DNA of 64,000 bases, from positions 238,700,001 to 238,764,000 of the forward strand of contig OZ024743.1 of the NCBI GenBank assembly GCA_964016885.1, in the 5' to 3' direction. How positions within the stretch are numbered: position 1 is the first letter of the stretch; each line of letters begins with the position of its first letter. The position numbers and the translations under genes were made by a program. This DNA comes from Eledone cirrhosa. Its lineage: Eukaryota. The notes beneath the pieces were generated by a model. That model ran no database searches, was not told where the DNA came from, and worked only from the letters and a program-made list of their open reading frames with translations. Below, piece after piece: positions 56,860-64,000 of the stretch.

Positions 56860-58991
56860 TTATGTTATCTCTTTCTCTTAATTTCGAGTATATTTTTTTT
56901 GACCGGCCACCTTCCTGGTGGCAAGGTTGTAAAAGAAAAGAAATTGTCATCCCTTGAATCGCAAGAATGTTTTGCAAATTTTGAAGGTGCCAGCTATCGC
57001 AGCCATTTGTAGACTATGAATTAGGGAGCTGCGCTTTTTGTCCGCAAATCCAAGTTCAGTCATACTTTGGTCCAAGCGGGTTGGTATATAACCCGTTGCT
57101 CCAATAATGATGGGTATGAAGCTAAAGGTGTATCTTGGATACTGGATTTGTAAACTCATCATCAATGGTCCGTAGATGTCCTCCTTCTCCTGTATTTTTC
57201 TGACGTTTCCACAAGTGGGCAGCTGATCTCCACAACAGCACACGTTTTCAATGTGTGGTCCCAAACAACAATATCAGGCCTGTTGTGCTTTAATTTGGTG
57301 GCAGTTTTTATTTTCAGGTTCCACCAGTATTCCTTAGTGCCATCTGTCTCAATATATTCTTCATCGTTTGTTAATTTTGTTTTCCGAAGTGCGTTCCAGA
57401 TGGTTCTAGCTATCCCATCGTGTCTCATGGGGAGGTAGTAGCGAGATGACATTCTTTCGCAGCTGGCAACAATGTGGCTTACATCCTCGATCTTTGTTTT
57501 ACATAGCCTACATTTATTGTCAGCTGCTGGCCCTCCTCTTTTGTGCAGCAGATATTTGGTAGGGAGTTCTTGTTCCTGTATTGCATAGAGATATCCCTCA
57601 AGGTGTGATGTCATAAACTTGTCGGAACTCCATGCCAGGCTTTTTGAGTGGTTTATCCCCTCTATGGTCTGTGTTTTACGTCTCAAGTATCCATGCACAA
57701 CTTTTTCTGTAAATTGGTCAATTTTTTTATCTTGTTTGAACATTGAATAGGAACTTCCGATTTCTATGGGTGAGAGATTTATATCAGGCTTTATTCCATA
57801 TCTCTCCTCCAGATCAGTCGCTATTCTAATGATTTTTTTTTTCATGCTCATAAACCTGGGCAAGATGGTTGCCAACCTTTTTCCTCTGTTGAAGGTGTTG
57901 CTTCAGTGTTACTATCCGGGTCTCATATGTTGTTAATATTGATTTTAGACCCCGGCCACCTTTCTTGCGTGAGAAGTATAGCCTATCCACATCACCATTG
58001 ATGTTAAAGTTCCCAGTAACACTGAGAAGTTTGCGAATTCTAACATCCATCTCACTTAGTTCTTGCAATGACCAGTTCAGCAGGCCAAATGTTGGCGTTA
58101 GAATTGGCACAGCATAAGTATTGTGGGCAATGTATTTGTTGTACGCTGACAGTTCTGATGACCATATTTTCTTTACTCTTCTGAGGTATTCAGTTCTGGT
58201 TCTCTCCTTATTTATGGGTCCATCATATCTCATCCTGTCCAAGATATCTGTAGTTGTCACCTGACTGTAGAGGTTGTATTGTCAGGCCGTTGATCTCTAG
58301 ATTTCTAGAGGAGGGCTCAGCTCTTCCACGTTTTACTGCCAAATATGCACACTTGGACTCACCAAATTTCATTTTGATGTCGGTTGAAAATTGTGTAATG
58401 AGGTCCAATTGTTTCTTGATGTCATTGATATTTGGCCCATACAACTTCAGGTCATCAACAAAGAAAAGATGGGAGATACTTCTGGACCCACTTCTTTGTC
58501 CACCTTGTTTCCTGAGTATGTAAGATAGTGGATTCAGTGAGAGAACGAAGAGTAGCACTGACAAGCTATCACCCTGAAAGATGCCCTTCTGGTAATGTAT
58601 CTTATCAGTCTGAACTTGCTCCTTCTCACCTCTAAGGATCAAATTGGTGCACCAGTTCTTGGTCAGGCGTTCAACAGCAGCTACCAATGGTTGTGGGACT
58701 TTGGCTAACTGTAAAGCCTTAATAATCCACCCATGAGGTACACTATCGAATGCTTTTTGATAGTCCAGCCACACCACAATCATGTTTCTGCGATTCTTTG
58801 TTGTTTTTTCCTGAATTATTTTGTTAGTTATTAGGTGATCTATGCAACCCCACATCTCCCTCTTTCCACCAGCTTGCTCAGGTGTTATGATGTTGTTGGT
58901 AGCACAGTGATCCTGTAAGAACAGGTTCAGGCACCCAGTATATAATTTATACATGATATTTTGGCAGGCTATTGGGCGGTAATTGTTAGCA
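56860..58991 (-). mobile_element. R4/Dong-clade RLE LINE, 5'-truncated at the RT start, frameshifted, embedded in (CATA)n
   Basis: Motifs NYRPIAC, WLDYQKAFDSVPH, GIFQGDSLSVLLF, SHLFFVDDLKLY, YRYLG, GGRGL, CRLCKTKIEDVSHIVASC, RHD, NRPDIVVWD, VEISCP and IPIIIGATG across four overlapping ORFs. Confidence 0.93.
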
Positions 58992-59093
58992 ATGTATGTA
59001 TGAATGTTTGTATGTATGAATATTTGTATGTATGTATGTTTGTATGTATGAATATATGTATGTATGAATATATGTATGTATGTATGGATATAT

Positions 59094-59690
59094 GTTGGTG
59101 CTACAGGTAACATGTATCCCAGTACAACCTGTATCATGGTCGGGTCATTGGCGACTAAACTGGCAACCCCACCAAGGTTTCTTGGTGAGGAGGGTGACTT
59201 TGGACATCCTGCAGGACTAAAAACAAAACCTGTCAAAGGGCAAAGGAGCTCTTAAGAGTCAATGGCCATCCTAAATCACCGGGAGAGATGACCCCTTAGC
59301 CTTTGTCAAGGCAGAATTCTAGGAGAAGGAAAACTCTGATATAACACCTGCAACCCTGATGGTATCCAATGATGTTGAATTGTTCTTCTTTTTGGTAAAT
59401 ATCATCTTGGTTAAGAGAGTGGGACTGGCTTTGTGCAGTGCCTTTGCTCACTATAAAAGCTTCACTGCACAGGCATTGCTTTATATCTGGAGATCTCTCT
59501 GCACTTGTCGTTACATGGTACCATGGGCCCAGCACTATGTGTCAATAATGGTCACAAGTGTAGTGTTGTACCAGAGTTTTCAAGTCGCTGGCTGGACTAA
59601 AAAGTCACACTCGTTCAGCGCATCAGTAGGGGTTCTCCTACATGGATATGAAGTAGTGGCCGTACTCGAAAACGAGTTGGCAGCCACCAT
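59094..59690 (+). mobile_element. About 600-bp non-coding interspersed element in (ATGT)n, third copy
   Basis: Direct repeat of 55872-56468. Confidence 0.85.
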
Positions 59691-60965
59691 GTATGTATGT
59701 ATGTATATATGTATGTATATATGTATGTATATATGTATGGATATATGTATGTGTGAATATATCTATGTGTGAATATATGTATGTATGAATATATGTATGA
59801 ATATATGTATGTATGCATGTATGTATGTGTGGGTGAATATATGGATATATGTATACATGTGTATATATACACACATATTCACATGCGCATGCATGTGAAT
59901 GTATTTTACATATGTGTGTATGTATAAACATATTTATGTATGTATGAATATATGTATGATTATATGAATGTATGAATATATGTATGTATGTATAAATATA
60001 TATATGTATGGATGTATGTTTGGATGGGTGTATATATATAGATATATGTATGCTTGTGTATATACATACATATACATTTGCGTATGTATGTGAATGTATT
60101 TTGTTTCTTCAGATAAATTTATGCATACTTACAAATATATGCATACATACATTCATACATTCACACATACATACATACAAACATACATACAACATTCATA
60201 CATACATACAAATATACATACCTACATACATACATACAAACATTCACACATACATACAAACATACATACCTACATACATACATACAAACATTCATACATT
60301 CATACATTCATACGTAGATACATACATACATACGTACATACATACACACGCACACACACACATACACATACACACGTACATACACACACAAATACAGACA
60401 TACGCATGCACACACATACACACCATGCACACATACATATACACGCATACACACAAACACAGACACACACTTACACACTCACACTTACACACACATACAC
60501 ACTCATACACACATACACACTTATACCTACATACACACACAAGCCCATAGACACACATACGCTGGAGAGAGAATACCTAGGAACGTGTGCTGCGTACAAA
60601 CTCCATAGCAAAGTGAGTGTTAGCATACATTATGTTGTAATCTTCGCTGAAATTCTAAGTAATTAAATTTAATGAACTATGAAATGAAGTGGTGGAGAGA
60701 GTCGAAACCATTCGTCTTGTCTTGTGTCCATTATTTATTGATCCAATTGAACCGAAACCAGGTTGACGTCAAGCGGTTGGCTGATGACTAGGGACTGTAT
60801 TGTATTTCCTCTGTTTTTCCGTTGCTTTCGCCCGCCGTGTTTGACTCATTGTATGATGTTAGCCAAGCAGTTCACATTTTGAAATGTATATGCATGCACA
60901 TACACACATACAGATATATATGTATATGAATATATAATATGAGTGTGTATGTATGTATATATGTA

Positions 60966-61010
<45 letters not shown>

Positions 61011-61014
<4 letters not shown>

Positions 61015-61822
61015 ATAAATTAACGGAGGCATAGGCCCTCGCTATTCTCTGTAAATAATGTGCTCAAAGGAGAAGAGATCCTGAACTCTTTAAAATACAA
61101 TATGTTGAAAAGGTAACACACCAGAGAGAGATATATAGTGCGTTATCAATCATACAGGGAAAAAACCACCAGTGTATGGAGTCTATAACGTATGAAAGGC
61201 ACACTATAGACACGATAATTAAAAATATAAATTAAAGCGTAAATAAATACCTCTATAACTATATAACACAGGTACAAATCCAAAGATATGTTTCACCAAA
61301 AATTTGTTGAAAGAAATGGTCTAGTCTCGGTTCATCAGCGTGTGTAAAGCTATACATTTCAGACAACACTAAGAGAATTTTAAAATGGACTGTCCAGCTA
61401 CACGTGGGAGAGAGAAGTCACAGCGTGTTTAAAAGCAGTGAACCAGTGGCCTCTGAGGGACGGACTGCTAGAAAGGGCAGCCCAAAGCCACTCAGAGAAG
61501 TGTGCTCAACCAAACAGAGATAGGAAAGACTGTTATTAGGAGCGAAATATCACGATAAATTAACGGAGGCATAGGCCCTCGCTAGAGACTAGACCATTTC
61601 TTTCAACAAATCTTTGGTGAAACATATCTTTGGATTTGTACCTGTGTTATATAGTTATAGAGGTATTTATTTACGCTTTAATATATAATTTTAATTATCG
61701 TGTCTATAGTCTGCCTTTCATAGGTTATAGATTCCATACACTGGTGGTTTTTTTCCCTGTATTATTGATAACGCACTATACATCTCTCTCTGGTGTGTTA
61801 CCTTTTCAACATAGTGTATTTT
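61011..61822. mobile_element. PLE-like terminal unit with an about 235-bp inverted repeat and a 34-bp direct repeat
   Basis: 61091-61328 is inverted at 61585-61822, and 61011-61044 is repeated at 61551-61584. Minus-strand CTGATGA-accgaga...tttggt-GAAA at about 61291-61339 with poor stems I and III. Confidence 0.8.
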
Positions 61823-61840
61823 ATATATATATATATATAT

Positions 61841-61871
<31 letters not shown>

Positions 61872-62288
61872 CACAACACACAATACGTTGAGTGCTAAAA
61901 CCTGTTTACACAAGTTTTAATTGATCGACAAATACAATTGCGGAGCAAATACCGATTAACAAACACGAACCAACAAATATATATGCATATTATATAGAGA
62001 GTGTGTAATGAGATGGCTGCAGTCATCCTATACCCGTAATTGTTGCGGGTCGGTAGTTGGCTGGTTTATCGCAAGGTAAGCACAAATTTAGGACATACGT
62101 ATTCTAACTCTTCCTTGAGCGGTCTGAGTCTTGCTTGGGGGTCGATTATAGATTCATGTTTTACTTTTGCTTTGGTTCGTAGTTGGCGTAAGTTTCATTC
62201 TGGTTGTACTTATGTTGACGTGTTTATATATATATATATAATATATAAAATAATATATAATATATATATTATATATATATATATATAG

Positions 62289-62680
<392 letters not shown>

Positions 62681-62789
62681 GTAATAATAATAAATTTGAA
62701 GACTAAAATCCAAAGAGGGCTCGATAAGGATAGTATATACCAAATATATAAGAACCGAAGAGCAAATATTTATTAAAATAACAGATTAA

Positions 62790-62840
62790 AGTTTAAGCAA
62801 AGAATCGCTGCTTTCACCCTTAACGGGATCTTCTGAAACT
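62790..62840 (-). ncRNA. Hammerhead-like motif with variant core CAGAAGA
   Basis: Minus strand: agttt-CAGAAGA-tcccgttaagggt-GAAA-gcagcgattctttgc-TT-aaact. The tail is partly re-inverted at about 62890-62924. Confidence 0.65.
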
Positions 62841-62916
62841 AAAAAAGTCAATCTGTGAACGCAGAAGTAAATATTTAGAAAAATGTAGGAAGCAGCGATT
62901 AAACTTTAATCTGTTA

Positions 62917-62964
<48 letters not shown>

Positions 62965-63434
62965 GTGTATATAATTATCCAAATGAAGCTTTGAGAGAAT
63001 ACGAAGTTGATAGAAAAATGGGAAACTCAAACGCGAGAAATAACTGTTAAAACAGCCAAATGCCATAACTGCACAAATATTTATTTACTTTTACTATAAT
63101 CTATATTAGTAGGTTTCCAATAGGGACTGAAATCGAGGCCAAGGATCTTGTAAATCTTCGCTCTCCTGTTCTCTCCCTCCCCTCATCTTGGACATTCACT
63201 AGAGAACCTAAACGAAAGTGATTACCACTTCAAAAATCTCTTTACTGCTGTATAATAAAGTTTTATTACCAGGAATATATATTACAATATTGGAAGAATG
63301 TCTGCTCCCTCTCCAGCTACAAAACATTGGAGCCAAATATGCTTATTCTAATTTTATAGGCATAACACACGTATCCATTTCTGGAAAGGGCCTAACTGAG
63401 GTCAAACCCAAATTACTGGGCCAATCAAATTGAT

Positions 63435-63630
63435 TTCTAATTTGGGAACAAGGCCAGGCAAATTGGGGGAAAAGGCAAAATTGATTTCATCAAGCCTAGT
63501 ACTTGACATTATTTTACCGACCCCAGTAGTATGAAATACAAAGTTAACCACGGCGAGTTTAGAAAGCAGAATGTAAAGAGCAAGAACATGTTATTTTTTC
63601 CGACGCTCTACCAATTTTGCCAATTTACCA
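63435..63630 (-). mobile_element. Degenerate SINE
   Basis: ccgacgctctaccaattttgccaat head and accgacccc..atgaaa..caaagttaacc body. Confidence 0.65.
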
Positions 63631-64000
63631 AGAGCAAATCATAACGCCTAAGTCAGTGTGTGGCATTCGAGAGGACTGATGCATATAATCTTTGCTAGAA
63701 GGCAACTTCGGCAGTAATCAAGTGAGTAAGATAACCTGTTCAACAAATTTGTGGATTTGTAAAATTATTTTAAATATTGTAATCAAGGGACGTGTGTGGG
63801 ATGTTCTCAGAAAGTTTAGTGCCCACCCAAATAATTTTACCAGTGTAAACAAATAACGTATGTGGGAGGATTCTCAGAAAGTGTGGTCGTCCACTCAAAT
63901 TCGCGAATCTTCCCCGCGAGTTGCGCTCACAAATGATGGCATGAGTTGTTAGCGTTGAAAAGAATTTGAACCTGTCAGTGTGTATGTGTGCGTGTTTACT

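Noticed and set aside
58223-59236. 337-aa ORF as a novel RT fusion protein
   Set aside because: Chance read-through from the 600-bp element across (CATA)n into a 5'-truncated RT.

Overview
Repeat-saturated, AT-rich animal genomic DNA, probably intronic or intergenic. The abundant tRNA-derived SINE family and heavy (TA)n/(CA)n/(CATA)n load suggest a cephalopod (octopus); this is an inference. No intact host gene can be supported, and almost all listed ORFs are microsatellite translations. The recognisable coding remnants are all mobile elements: two Penelope-like elements (PLEs; RT + GIY-YIG, one Naiad-like), a second partial PLE copy, two R4/Dong-type restriction-like-endonuclease LINEs, three RTE LINE remnants and two mariner remnants. 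There are about 20 SINE copies, several satellites and a 200-N gap. The main hidden signal is RNA structure. I could fold by hand 8 type I hammerhead ribozymes (HHR) with intact cores and about 8 degenerate or half ones, all in small (TA)n-embedded PLE-derived units. One non-coding 768-bp unit (12131-12898) has two HHR-bearing 284-bp direct repeats 484 nt apart, a retrozyme/circRNA-like architecture. Many element ends are mirrored as inverted copies across (TA)n tracts. All folds and alignments were done by eye; boundaries are approximate.
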